NCBI GenBank assembly: GCA_041303085.1 | Contig: JBFYPV010000181.1 | Coordinates: 1 to 38,208 of the forward strand | Length of the DNA stretch: 38,208 bases | DNA from: Crocinitomicaceae bacterium | Lineage (GTDB): Bacteria; Bacteroidota; Bacteroidia; Flavobacteriales_D; Crocinitomicaceae | Direction: 5' to 3' | Shown: in pieces, positions 25,446 to 33,588 of the stretch | How positions within the stretch are numbered: position 1 is the stretch's first letter | Layout: each line of letters starts with the position of its first letter | The notes under the pieces: model-generated | Told to the model about the DNA's origin: nothing | Databases searched by the model: none | What the model saw: only the letters and a program-made list of their open reading frames with translations | Made by a program: the position numbers and the translations under genes

Positions 25446-26411
25446 ATGAACCCACAGCACAGCATAGTACTTTCTCTTGTGATTCCCACTTTCAACGAAG
25501 AGGGAAACGTGCAGCGTCTTTATGAACAAATCAGGGTTGTTTTAGACCAACTTCAAATAGCTGCTTACGAAGTCATTTTTATTGACGACGGCAGTTCAGA
25601 CGCATCGCTTTTGCGCATCGAGGAGTTGCGCGCCCAAGACCCACGCGTTCATTACCTACAATTCAGCCGCAATTTTGGTCACCAACATGCCCTCAAGGCA
25701 GGCCTTGATCATGCCCGTGGCGAGGCTGTTATTAGCCTAGATGCCGATTTGCAGCATCCGCCAGCACTCATTGCCGATATGGTGCAATTGTGGCGCGCTG
25801 GCGCTGAGGTGGTGTATACGCGTCGTCAAGACAAACAAAACGTGGGCTTTTTCAAGAAAATGAGCGCAAAAGCTTTCTATTGGTTGGCCAACCGCCTTTC
25901 TGAAGTCCCGATAGAAGAAGGCACCGCCGATTTTCGCTTGCTCGACCGCAAAGTCGTTTCCGCCATCAAATCATTCAAAGAATCGCATTTGTTTTTGCGA
26001 GGTCTTGTCCCCACATTAGGCTTCAAGCAAGTAGCCCTAGACTACCAGCCCGCGGCGCGCTTCAGTGGCCAAAGCAAATATTCGCTGGCCAAAATGTTTC
26101 ATTTTGCCATCAACGGCATTACCTCCTCCAGTGCCAAACCGCTGTATTTTTCGATCTATCTCGGCCTCTTTTTTGCTTTTTTGGCCTTCGTTTACGGTTG
26201 CTATGCAATTTACATTGCGGTGTTTACCGATGCCGCCATCACCGGCTGGACCTCCCTTATCGCCTCGGTATTATTCATCGGCGGTATTCAAATGATCCTT
26301 ATCGGTATTGTTGGCATTTATTTAGGCAAGCTTTTTGTGCAAAGCAAACAGCGCCCCACTTACATCATCAAAACAGAAACCCTTACCTCAGTTGCTCCTC
26401 ATGAAGGCTAA
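25446..26411 (+). CDS. Family 2 glycosyltransferase, polyprenyl-phosphate sugar transferase type (GtrB/ArnC/DPM1-like)
   Basis: 'LSLVIPTFNEEGNV', 'IFIDDGSSD', 'FSRNFGHQHALKAGLDHARGEAVISLDADLQHPP', and two C-terminal TM helices ('LYFSIYLGLFFAFLAFVYG', 'LIASVLFIGGIQMILIGIVGIYLG'). Confidence 0.85.
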   Translation: MNPQHSIVLSLVIPTFNEEGNVQRLYEQIRVVLDQLQIAAYEVIFIDDGSSDASLLRIEELRAQDPRVHYLQFSRNFGHQHALKAGLDHARGEAVISLDADLQHPPALIADMVQLWRAGAEVVYTRRQDKQNVGFFKKMSAKAFYWLANRLSEVPIEEGTADFRLLDRKVVSAIKSFKESHLFLRGLVPTLGFKQVALDYQPAARFSGQSKYSLAKMFHFAINGITSSSAKPLYFSIYLGLFFAFLAFVYGCYAIYIAVFTDAAITGWTSLIASVLFIGGIQMILIGIVGIYLGKLFVQSKQRPTYIIKTETLTSVAPHEG

Positions 26412-28728
26412 ATATCTTTTTCTCGTGCTGTTGCTGCACCTTGGCATGATGGCCAATGCACAGATCCCGATGGGCACCTGGAAATTCCACGTGGCGAGTG
26501 CAAATGCAATTGACATCGTCTCAGATGGCGAGCGCATCTTTACAGCACTCGAAAACGGCCTCTATATTTACAATCCATATACCGAAGAAGGCGTCCTGAA
26601 AACCGCACTCAATGGTTTGTCAGATATCTCCATCTCTTGTTTGTACCACGATGCCACGGATAACGCCATCTACATTGGCTACGCCAACGGCAACATCGAC
26701 AAATGGCAGGCCGGAAAAATCACCAACTTACCCGCCATCAAATTGGCGCAAATCACCAATTCAAAGCGCATCAATAAGTTTGAGCGCTCTGGGGCCTATA
26801 TTTATGTAGCCAACGATTTCTCGATTGTCTTGATCGATGTCGCCAAAGAAGAAATCAAAGACACCTACTATCCAACCAACGGTCTCGAGGCCATTGTCGA
26901 TGTAGCGCTCACTCAAGATTCTATCTTTGCGCTCACTTCAACGCAAATGCTCAAAGGGCTGCGCAATAACCCCGCCTTACCCGACTACTCACAATGGGAT
27001 CGCGACTTGCGCTTTCCGTATCAGTTAACCAACAAGTACAAAGAGCTACAAACTTTCAATCAACAATTTTGGGTCTTGCGCACCAACGACGCTTATGGCC
27101 AAGATTCCGTTTTCCGTCTGGACAACAATATTTTAGTCAATGTGATCAACGAACCGTTTAGTTACCAAATCAATAGCATCCAAGTGCTGGGTAACGAGCT
27201 GGGCATTTCTATGGACGGCGGCATCCTATTTTACAACGCAAGTGGTGTACAATTGAATTCCTATTCTGCCAGCCTCCTAGACCGCTGGATCAACCCTTCG
27301 CGCATTTGCAAACTGGGCAACTCTTATTGGACTTCAGACCAAGCTTGGGGTCTTCAGGAACATCCGAACGCCTTTACCTGTAAGCGCTATCCTATTGAAG
27401 GGCTTGCTAACCCGTACGTGTACGCCATGGATTGGCAAGAAGGTGTTTTGGCTGTTGGTTCGGGTCGTTTGGAAGGTGAAATAGCACCTGCATTTACGCG
27501 CAACGGTATTCATATTCTCGAAGAAAACCAATGGCGCTTTCACAATACGCCAACGGTTACTGCCTGGGATTTCAATGCACTCTGGGATTTCATCGCTGTT
27601 GCCGTGAACCCCAAAAACCCAAAGGAAATCGCCGCAGGAACCTATTCATTTGCGCCTTTAACACTCTTCAATGAAACAGATACTTTGGTTTTCAATCAAA
27701 ATAACTCTCCATTAGAACCTGTTTCTTTAGGCAATGGTTGGTCTTTGGTCTCTGGTCTTAAGTTTGACGCAAAAGGCAATTTGTGGAGTGTCAATGGCTA
27801 CACAGACAGACCGCTAAAAGTCCGCAAAGCAGATGGCGTGTGGGCGAGCTATTACCTCGGCGCAGGGGCTGCCAACAAAATGACCACCGACATAGAAATT
27901 GATTTCCAAGACAACATCTGGATGGGTACTTACGCCAATGGGCTCGTCGGTTTACAGCACCAAGGCACCCTTGACGACCCCAGCGACGACAAAACCATTC
28001 AACTCACCACCGGCGATTTACTAGGCGCACTTCCGTCCAACAAAATCACTGCATTGGCCGCAGATTTTGACGGCGAGCTCTGGATTGGCACCGATGCAGG
28101 TTTCGCCGTCTTGTACAATGCCAACGGCAGCTTTACGGCAGGGGCGGGCAATTTTGACGCCCAGCGCATCCTGATTCCTTTTGAAGGCAATTTTGAAGAA
28201 GTGCTTGGCGACGCCAACATCACCGATATCGAGGTAGATGGCGGCAATCGCAAATGGATGTCTACAGCCAACGCGGGCTTGGTATTACTTTCGCCTGACG
28301 GCACTCAAATCATTGCCCAATACAACGAAGACAACTCCCCACTGATTTCCAACACCATCTACGACATCGAACTCAACCATACCACCGGTGAACTTTATAT
28401 CGTTACCGACAAAGGCTTGGTGTCTTTTCGCATAGACGCCACTTATGAAGACGCCACCTATGAAACCCTCAATGTTTTCCCTAATCCAGTGAAGCCGGAT
28501 TATTTTGGCCCAATTACCGTTCAAGGCCTCCGCTACAATTCAGATGTTAAAATCACTGACGCAGGCGGCAACTTGATTTACAAAACGCAATCCAATGGGG
28601 GCACAGTAACCTGGGATGGCCAAAATCTGAACGGCGAAAAAGTACCCACCGGCGTTTATTTCTTCTGGACCGCCAATAACTACCAAGGCGGCGAGCGCAA
28701 AGTAGCTAAGGTTCTCGTGATCCGCTGA
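26401..28728 (+). CDS. porZ: PorZ-like T9SS protein: double beta-propeller (two-component-regulator propeller repeats) plus a C-terminal sorting domain
   Basis: Start set at ATG 26401 ('MKAKYLFLVLLLHLGMMANAQ' signal peptide), overlapping the GT2 stop by 11 nt. There are many Reg_prop-type repeats ('NAIYIGYANGNIDKW', 'IWMGTYANGLVGL', 'LWIGTDAGFAVL', 'KWMSTANAGLVLL', 'ELYIVTDKGLVSF'). The beta-sandwich C-terminus is 'VFPNPVKPDY...GVYFFWTANNYQGGERKVAKVLVIR'. The size (~775 aa) and architecture fit PorZ. Confidence 0.6.
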   Translation: MKAKYLFLVLLLHLGMMANAQIPMGTWKFHVASANAIDIVSDGERIFTALENGLYIYNPYTEEGVLKTALNGLSDISISCLYHDATDNAIYIGYANGNIDKWQAGKITNLPAIKLAQITNSKRINKFERSGAYIYVANDFSIVLIDVAKEEIKDTYYPTNGLEAIVDVALTQDSIFALTSTQMLKGLRNNPALPDYSQWDRDLRFPYQLTNKYKELQTFNQQFWVLRTNDAYGQDSVFRLDNNILVNVINEPFSYQINSIQVLGNELGISMDGGILFYNASGVQLNSYSASLLDRWINPSRICKLGNSYWTSDQAWGLQEHPNAFTCKRYPIEGLANPYVYAMDWQEGVLAVGSGRLEGEIAPAFTRNGIHILEENQWRFHNTPTVTAWDFNALWDFIAVAVNPKNPKEIAAGTYSFAPLTLFNETDTLVFNQNNSPLEPVSLGNGWSLVSGLKFDAKGNLWSVNGYTDRPLKVRKADGVWASYYLGAGAANKMTTDIEIDFQDNIWMGTYANGLVGLQHQGTLDDPSDDKTIQLTTGDLLGALPSNKITALAADFDGELWIGTDAGFAVLYNANGSFTAGAGNFDAQRILIPFEGNFEEVLGDANITDIEVDGGNRKWMSTANAGLVLLSPDGTQIIAQYNEDNSPLISNTIYDIELNHTTGELYIVTDKGLVSFRIDATYEDATYETLNVFPNPVKPDYFGPITVQGLRYNSDVKITDAGGNLIYKTQSNGGTVTWDGQNLNGEKVPTGVYFFWTANNYQGGERKVAKVLVIR

Positions 28729-28729
28729 T

Positions 28730-29335
28730 ATGGTAGGTTTTGACTTTCTTTCTCCGCTCTTGGAATTATCTGCTGCCATCTTAGGCTTTATTTATGTCTA
28801 TCTCATCGCTACTGAAAAATCTGTGGGCTGGATTTTCGGTATTGCAAGTGCATTTTTGTACGCCATGTTTTTCTACCGCATGGATACCTGGGGCTTGTTC
28901 AGCCAGCAAATTGCCTATGTTGTTCTTGGTTTTTATGGCTTGGCCACCTGGTCAGCCAAAAAAGAAGCCTTGCCCGTCAACACAATTGGTAGAAAAATAG
29001 GTTTTTGGATTGTAGCTGGTTTGGTGCTTGGGCTTGCATTTTATTTCCTCGTTTCACCAACGTTTTGGCTTTATCATTCCAAAACTTCCACGGGTAGTCT
29101 CGGTGCCATTTTTCGCGATTTACTCGACGCGCAATTTTTTGTATTTTCTTTGTTGGCAACATGGTTAACGACTAGAAAAATCCTAGAAAATTGGCAGATT
29201 TGGATTGTCGTGAATATTGTGGGCACCATTTGGTTTGCCTATGAGCATTGGTGGTCTTCGTCTGTTCTTTACATGGCCTACCTCTTTTTAGCGATCAACG
29301 GACTCAAAAAATGGAAAAAGCAGCTCTCCGCATAG
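28730..29335 (+). CDS. pnuC: Nicotinamide riboside transporter PnuC
   Basis: ~200 aa polytopic membrane protein. The N-terminus 'LELSAAILGFIYVYLIATEKSVGWIFGIASAFLYAMFFY' and the Trp-rich C-terminal helices are typical of PnuC. The ATG follows the porZ-like stop after a 1-nt spacer. Confidence 0.75.
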   Translation: MVGFDFLSPLLELSAAILGFIYVYLIATEKSVGWIFGIASAFLYAMFFYRMDTWGLFSQQIAYVVLGFYGLATWSAKKEALPVNTIGRKIGFWIVAGLVLGLAFYFLVSPTFWLYHSKTSTGSLGAIFRDLLDAQFFVFSLLATWLTTRKILENWQIWIVVNIVGTIWFAYEHWWSSSVLYMAYLFLAINGLKKWKKQLSA

Positions 29336-29817
29336 CATTTACAGGGCCAGAGTCTAGCGGAAAAACAACCCTTGCGGCATGGCTTTCTTCGTTTTTAGAA
29401 CTCCCATTTATCGAGGAATATGCCAGAACCTATCTCGCCGATCAGATTGAATATAAGCCAGAGGACCTAGACATCATGGCCGAGAAACAAGTTGAATGGT
29501 GGCCCAACCACGGCTTGGTAGCCGATACCGAAATGCATGTTTTTCAGGTTTGGTCACAAGTAAAGTATGCCGAGGTGAGTCCAATTATTAGTCAACTATT
29601 GAAGCAGCAGCACTTTGACCATTATTTTCTGTGTGCACCGGATATCCCTTGGGAAGCCGACCCCCTCAGAGAAAACCCTTTGAACAGAGAGATGCTGTTT
29701 GGTTTATATCGCGAACAACTTGAAAAATATGGCCGCAGTTATTCCATTCTCACGGGCAACTTAGAAAATCGTCAAGAACTGATTAAAGTCAGTATTTCTG
29801 AGCTCTTGAATCCGTAA
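29311..29817 (+). CDS. NadR-type ribosylnicotinamide kinase-like P-loop ATPase (AAA_28)
   Basis: Start set at ATG 29311 ('MEKAALRIAFTGPESSGKTTLA', Walker A), overlapping the pnuC stop by 25 nt. At ~168 aa the size matches the stand-alone RNK domain that commonly partners PnuC. Confidence 0.7.
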   Translation: MEKAALRIAFTGPESSGKTTLAAWLSSFLELPFIEEYARTYLADQIEYKPEDLDIMAEKQVEWWPNHGLVADTEMHVFQVWSQVKYAEVSPIISQLLKQQHFDHYFLCAPDIPWEADPLRENPLNREMLFGLYREQLEKYGRSYSILTGNLENRQELIKVSISELLNP

Positions 29818-29826
29818 TTTTGTACC

Positions 29827-30495
29827 ATGAAGCGGATTCTTTTTCTAGTCGTATTTTTCCTCATTTTGGTGCCAATTGGTTACTATTTCTTAAGTGATCA
29901 AGGCAAGGTAAAGCCTCTTCCGGTGATCAATCCTATAGACGTGCAGCAAGACATGGTGGATCCAGAAATGCTGCGCATGGGTAAAGGACATCGCATTGGC
30001 GCGTTTCGTTTTGAAAACCAAGATGGCATCTGGATCAGCGACGCAGACATGAAAGGTAAGGTGAGCGTTGTGGAATATTTCTTCACTACTTGCAAGAGCA
30101 TTTGCCCCATCATGAATACCCAAATGCAGCGCATTCAGCGCAAGTTTGCCAATGAAAAAGACGTTCGTATTTTTAGTTTTACAGTAGACCCCGATACAGA
30201 TACAGTTGCGCAAATGAAGCGTTACGCCACGGCCCATAAGGCCAAAGTGGGGCAATGGCATTTTTTGACCGGAAAAAAAGCAGACTTATACGGCTTGGCT
30301 AGACGCTCTTTCTTCGTCTTGAAGCCTGCAGAAGCGCAGAATCTAGGCGATGCCGGCAGCGATTTTATCCATACGAACAATTTTGTTTTGGTAGACCAAC
30401 AACTGCGTATCAGAGGTTACTACGATGGCACTAATCCGAAGGAAGTAAGTCTACTCCAAGCACATATCGCGCAACTGCTCAACGAGCCTCAATAA
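29827..30495 (+). CDS. SCO1/SenC-family thioredoxin-fold copper chaperone
   Basis: N-terminal membrane anchor, then 'VVEYFFTTCKSICP' (the CxxxC copper site), 'FSFTVDPDTDT' and the downstream His in 'FIHTNNFVLVD'. Confidence 0.85.
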   Translation: MKRILFLVVFFLILVPIGYYFLSDQGKVKPLPVINPIDVQQDMVDPEMLRMGKGHRIGAFRFENQDGIWISDADMKGKVSVVEYFFTTCKSICPIMNTQMQRIQRKFANEKDVRIFSFTVDPDTDTVAQMKRYATAHKAKVGQWHFLTGKKADLYGLARRSFFVLKPAEAQNLGDAGSDFIHTNNFVLVDQQLRIRGYYDGTNPKEVSLLQAHIAQLLNEPQ

Positions 30496-30528
30496 AGGCA
30501 TTTTCTTTTTGCCTATCTTTGTACCCAA

Positions 30529-31383
30529 ATGAGACAACCAAAGAAAACAGGTGCAAAACCTAAAGTAAGCGGTGCCAAAGATGCACCAAAGGTGAGTGCC
30601 CGTGACAAGCGCAAATACATCGATTACAAAATCAAAGTCAAAAAAGGCGATCCATTGCCTAGTTTCCGCGAAGATGCCATTCGCCTCAATAAGTTTTTAT
30701 CCAATGCAGGAATTTGTTCGCGTCGCGAGGCAGATGTCCTGATTGAAACAGGCGTGGTTTCTATTAACGGCGTTATTGTCACTGAATTAGGCTACAAAGT
30801 CAAGCCCGGCGACGCAGTTCAATACGACGGAGAAACCATCACTACCGGCACCAAACGCTATGTTTTGCTCAATAAACCGAAAGGTTATATTACTGCCATT
30901 GACGACCCTCGTGGCCGCAAGACCGTCATGACCCTTGTGAGTAAAGCTTGCCGCGAACAAATATTCCCAGTTGGGCGCATGGAACGCGAAACAACCGGCC
31001 TCATGCTCTTCACCAACGATGGCGACATGATGAAAAAACTCATGCACCCGCGTTACCACGCCCGTAAAATTTACCATATCGAGACCAATAAAGCGGTAGC
31101 CCGCGAAGACATCGAAAAAATGACACGCGCCGTAGACCTCGACGACGGTCGTTTCAAAGCTGAGGCAGCAAGTTTTGTGGAAGGCGGTGCGAGCAACGAA
31201 ATCGGCGTAGAAATCCGTTCGGGCAAAAACCAAGTCGTTCGCAGAATGGTAGAAGCACTTGGCTATCAAGTCATCAAGCTAGACCGCGTCATGTATGCTG
31301 GTCTTACCAAAAAAGATTTACCGCGCGGATATTACCGCCACCTCACCGAACAAGAAGTTGCGTTTTTAAAGATGTCTAAATGA
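30529..31383 (+). CDS. RsuA/RluB-family pseudouridine synthase with an S4 domain and a Lys-rich N-terminal extension; Glu occupies the catalytic Asp position
   Basis: S4 domain: 'IRLNKFLSNAGICSRREADVLIETGVVSINGV'. Catalytic motif region: 'IFPVGRMERETTGLMLFTNDGD', where the family consensus is GRLDxxTxGLLL(L/F)TNDG. The codon at 30982-30984 is GAA (Glu). Confidence 0.8.
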   Translation: MRQPKKTGAKPKVSGAKDAPKVSARDKRKYIDYKIKVKKGDPLPSFREDAIRLNKFLSNAGICSRREADVLIETGVVSINGVIVTELGYKVKPGDAVQYDGETITTGTKRYVLLNKPKGYITAIDDPRGRKTVMTLVSKACREQIFPVGRMERETTGLMLFTNDGDMMKKLMHPRYHARKIYHIETNKAVAREDIEKMTRAVDLDDGRFKAEAASFVEGGASNEIGVEIRSGKNQVVRRMVEALGYQVIKLDRVMYAGLTKKDLPRGYYRHLTEQEVAFLKMSK

Positions 31384-32096
31384 AAAAATGGGTATTTTTC
31401 GGCTTGGTAGTACTTTTTGCTACTTTCACAGGATGGTATGTCAAGGGATACTTTTCTGATGACACTTTTGCATACACGAGCAAAAACCCAAATGCCGCCT
31501 TCTTTTACCCGCTAGACACCGTTCCAAAAATCTATCAATACCGAAACATTGCAAATGGTTTAGACGAAGAATTTCATCGGATTTATACGGTAGAAGATGC
31601 GCTAGGCCCCCATCTAATTGTGGAGGTTTATGCTGGCGATGGCCGTTTGCGCGAAGCCATCAATTACAACATAGACTCACTCGTAGTGCAAGACCACATG
31701 GTTGTCAATCGCGAGCAAAGCAAAGAAAAGGCGCTGCTCTACAAGAACCAATTTTTTCCGTTTGACCTTCAAAAAGAAACTTGGTTTGCATCTAAATTTA
31801 GTGGGGTCATGGATTCTACTGTTATTTTGCACGAAGTTTTTCGAAAGCTACAAACAGAGAGAACAACTTCATTTTTAACGAAAAAAAGCGCGAAGTCACT
31901 TATTTTTAAAGACAAAATTCGCCGCACAGTACTCAATCCTTTCACCAGAACAGAAAAAGAAGTGACCGGTATGCAGTACAGTATTTTTGCCGAGGGCTAT
32001 GGACTCGTGGCCTGGCACAACCGTAACAAGTCTATTCATTTTCGTTTAGAACGCATTCTTAGCCAAAAGGAGTGGATTCAAATTATCGCCCGATGA
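31380..32096 (+). CDS. Hypothetical membrane-anchored protein (238 aa)
   Basis: An ATGA start/stop overlap joins it to the upstream gene. It has an N-terminal TM/signal anchor, 'MKKWVFFGLVVLFATFTGWYV'. I recognised no family. Confidence 0.6.
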   Translation: MKKWVFFGLVVLFATFTGWYVKGYFSDDTFAYTSKNPNAAFFYPLDTVPKIYQYRNIANGLDEEFHRIYTVEDALGPHLIVEVYAGDGRLREAINYNIDSLVVQDHMVVNREQSKEKALLYKNQFFPFDLQKETWFASKFSGVMDSTVILHEVFRKLQTERTTSFLTKKSAKSLIFKDKIRRTVLNPFTRTEKEVTGMQYSIFAEGYGLVAWHNRNKSIHFRLERILSQKEWIQIIAR

Positions 32097-32959
32097 AACA
32101 ATTTATCATTTTTTCGCTGTTCCTTTTTTTAGGAGCAAGCGCACAGGCTCAATACGGCAATCAAAAAAAATCAACAGGTCCGGGAACACTCTTCTTTTAT
32201 TGGGGCTATAACCGCAGTATCTATTCACCCAGCACCATCCGCTTTATTGGCCCTGGTTACGACTTTAAACTCCAAGGTGTTGAGGCCGCAGACCGCCCCT
32301 CGACCGATTTCAATGAGTACATCAACTTAAAAACCTTTACAGTACCACAATTTGATGTGCGTGTGGGTTATAATTTCAAGCGCAATTGGGCAGTATCGTT
32401 AGGCTACGAGCACATGAAATACGTCATGAAACACGGCCCAACTTACTACCTGAGCGGCACCATTAACCCAGGAATCGATTTGGGAACGGGCTGGTCGGGC
32501 TCCTATAGCGGCGACTCCATCACCACCAATGAAAATACCTTTCATTACGAAAACACCAACGGGCTCAATTACATCAATGTGCAGCTCACCAATGTGTTTA
32601 AGGTTTACAAAACAGAAAAAGGGAATTTTGCATTAACAACCCTAATGGGTGTTGGCGCGGGCCCAGTACTTTCTTACAACGATTTTACCTTTGCCGGCGA
32701 AAAGTCTATGGAAACCGTTTCGCTTTCGGGTGTAGGTGCATCTGGGCACTTTGGTTTGCGCGCAGAGTTTTTCAAGCATTTGTTTGTGGCAGCGAATGTG
32801 CAAGGTGGTTTTATTGGCCAGTACCGTGTCAAAACCCGCCCCAATGACTACGATTCTCATGCCAAGCAAGCATTCTTGTATGGCCAGCGCGATATCGTGG
32901 TGGGCGCTTTATTCTATTTGAAACAATCCGACAAGTGTAATACTTGCCCAAATTGGTAA
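32093..32959 (+). CDS. Hypothetical secreted protein, probably an outer-membrane beta-barrel (288 aa)
   Basis: Start set at ATG 32093 ('MKQFIIFSLFLFLGASAQAQ'), with an ATGA overlap to the upstream gene. The sequence has alternating aromatic/Gly-rich beta-strand-like segments. Confidence 0.6.
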   Translation: MKQFIIFSLFLFLGASAQAQYGNQKKSTGPGTLFFYWGYNRSIYSPSTIRFIGPGYDFKLQGVEAADRPSTDFNEYINLKTFTVPQFDVRVGYNFKRNWAVSLGYEHMKYVMKHGPTYYLSGTINPGIDLGTGWSGSYSGDSITTNENTFHYENTNGLNYINVQLTNVFKVYKTEKGNFALTTLMGVGAGPVLSYNDFTFAGEKSMETVSLSGVGASGHFGLRAEFFKHLFVAANVQGGFIGQYRVKTRPNDYDSHAKQAFLYGQRDIVVGALFYLKQSDKCNTCPNW

Positions 32960-32960
32960 A

Positions 32961-33524
32961 ATGAAATTCCTGATTGTCGGTTTAGGAAACCCTGGTGCTG
33001 AATACCTCGAAACCCGTCACAACATTGGTTTCAAGGTTTTAGATGAGCTTGCTGCCGATCTCGGCGCTACCTTTTCCTTGGATAAAGCTGCTTTTAGAGC
33101 CGAGGCGAAATTCAAAGGCCGTCAGCTCATTTTAATCAAGCCGATTACCTTCATGAACTTATCAGGAAAAGCCGTCAATTATTGGCTGCAAACCGAAAAA
33201 ATCCCTTTGAGCAACCTGCTTGTCATTACCGATGACATCGCCCTGCCATTTGGCACCATACGCATGAAAGGTAAAGGCAGCGATGGTGGCCACAATGGGC
33301 TCAAAGACATCCAAGCTTTGCTTAAAACCCAAGAGTACCCGCGTTTGCGCTTTGGTGTGGGTTCAGATTTCGCCAAAGGCCGTCAGGCTGATTACGTCTT
33401 GGGCAAATGGAAACCCGACGAAGACAAAGCCCTTCCGGAAAGGATACAAACGGCCGCTTCTGCAGCCAAGAGTTTTGTTTTTGATGGTTTACCAATGGCC
33501 ATGACCAACTGGAACAATAAGTAG
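32961..33524 (+). CDS. pth: Peptidyl-tRNA hydrolase
   Basis: 'MKFLIVGLGNPGAEYLETRHNIGF' (catalytic His context), 'KPITFMNLSG' and 'DDIALPFGTIRMKGKGSDGGHNGLK'. Confidence 0.95.
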   Translation: MKFLIVGLGNPGAEYLETRHNIGFKVLDELAADLGATFSLDKAAFRAEAKFKGRQLILIKPITFMNLSGKAVNYWLQTEKIPLSNLLVITDDIALPFGTIRMKGKGSDGGHNGLKDIQALLKTQEYPRLRFGVGSDFAKGRQADYVLGKWKPDEDKALPERIQTAASAAKSFVFDGLPMAMTNWNNK

Positions 33525-33588
33525 CCACCTCATATTAAGCCATTGTTAACTGCTTTTTTTTATTTACCTTTCGGTAAACTACTACCTA

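Noticed and set aside
25344-25529. A 62-codon N-terminal extension of the RidA ORF (listed as 24906-25529).
   Set aside because: The extension has no RidA homology and would overlap the divergent GT2 gene start (25446). RidA-family proteins begin at the 'MSVNERIS...APKPVGLY' position. An exact TAnnTTTG box lies within the supposed extension.
26335-26400. Upstream extensions of several ORF-track entries (26335 for porZ-like, 16234 for yafV-like, 29248 for the NR kinase, 21090 for yfcH-like, 32072 for the OM protein).
   Set aside because: In each case an internal ATG gives a canonical N-terminus (signal peptide, Walker A, Rossmann motif or alignment with the E. coli homologue). It also reduces the overlap with the upstream gene to 4-25 nt. 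The extensions are translated tails of the upstream gene read in another frame.
30787-31269. Longer antisense or off-frame ORFs inside well-supported genes (30787-31269, 29890-30261, 13909-14220, 15523-15846, 37420-37743, 27999-28304).
   Set aside because: Each lies wholly within a CDS that has strong family motifs on the opposite strand or in another frame. Their translations show no recognisable motifs.
33554-33578. An 8-T run (33554-33561) followed by a TTTACC-TTTC-GGTAAA hairpin (33563-33578) between pth and the GEVED cargo gene, considered as a possible terminator or RNA element.
   Set aside because: The T-run precedes rather than follows the hairpin. The stem before the T-run has only 2 clean pairs, and the 6-bp hairpin is AT-rich and weak. 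Evidence is insufficient to call a terminator or regulatory RNA.
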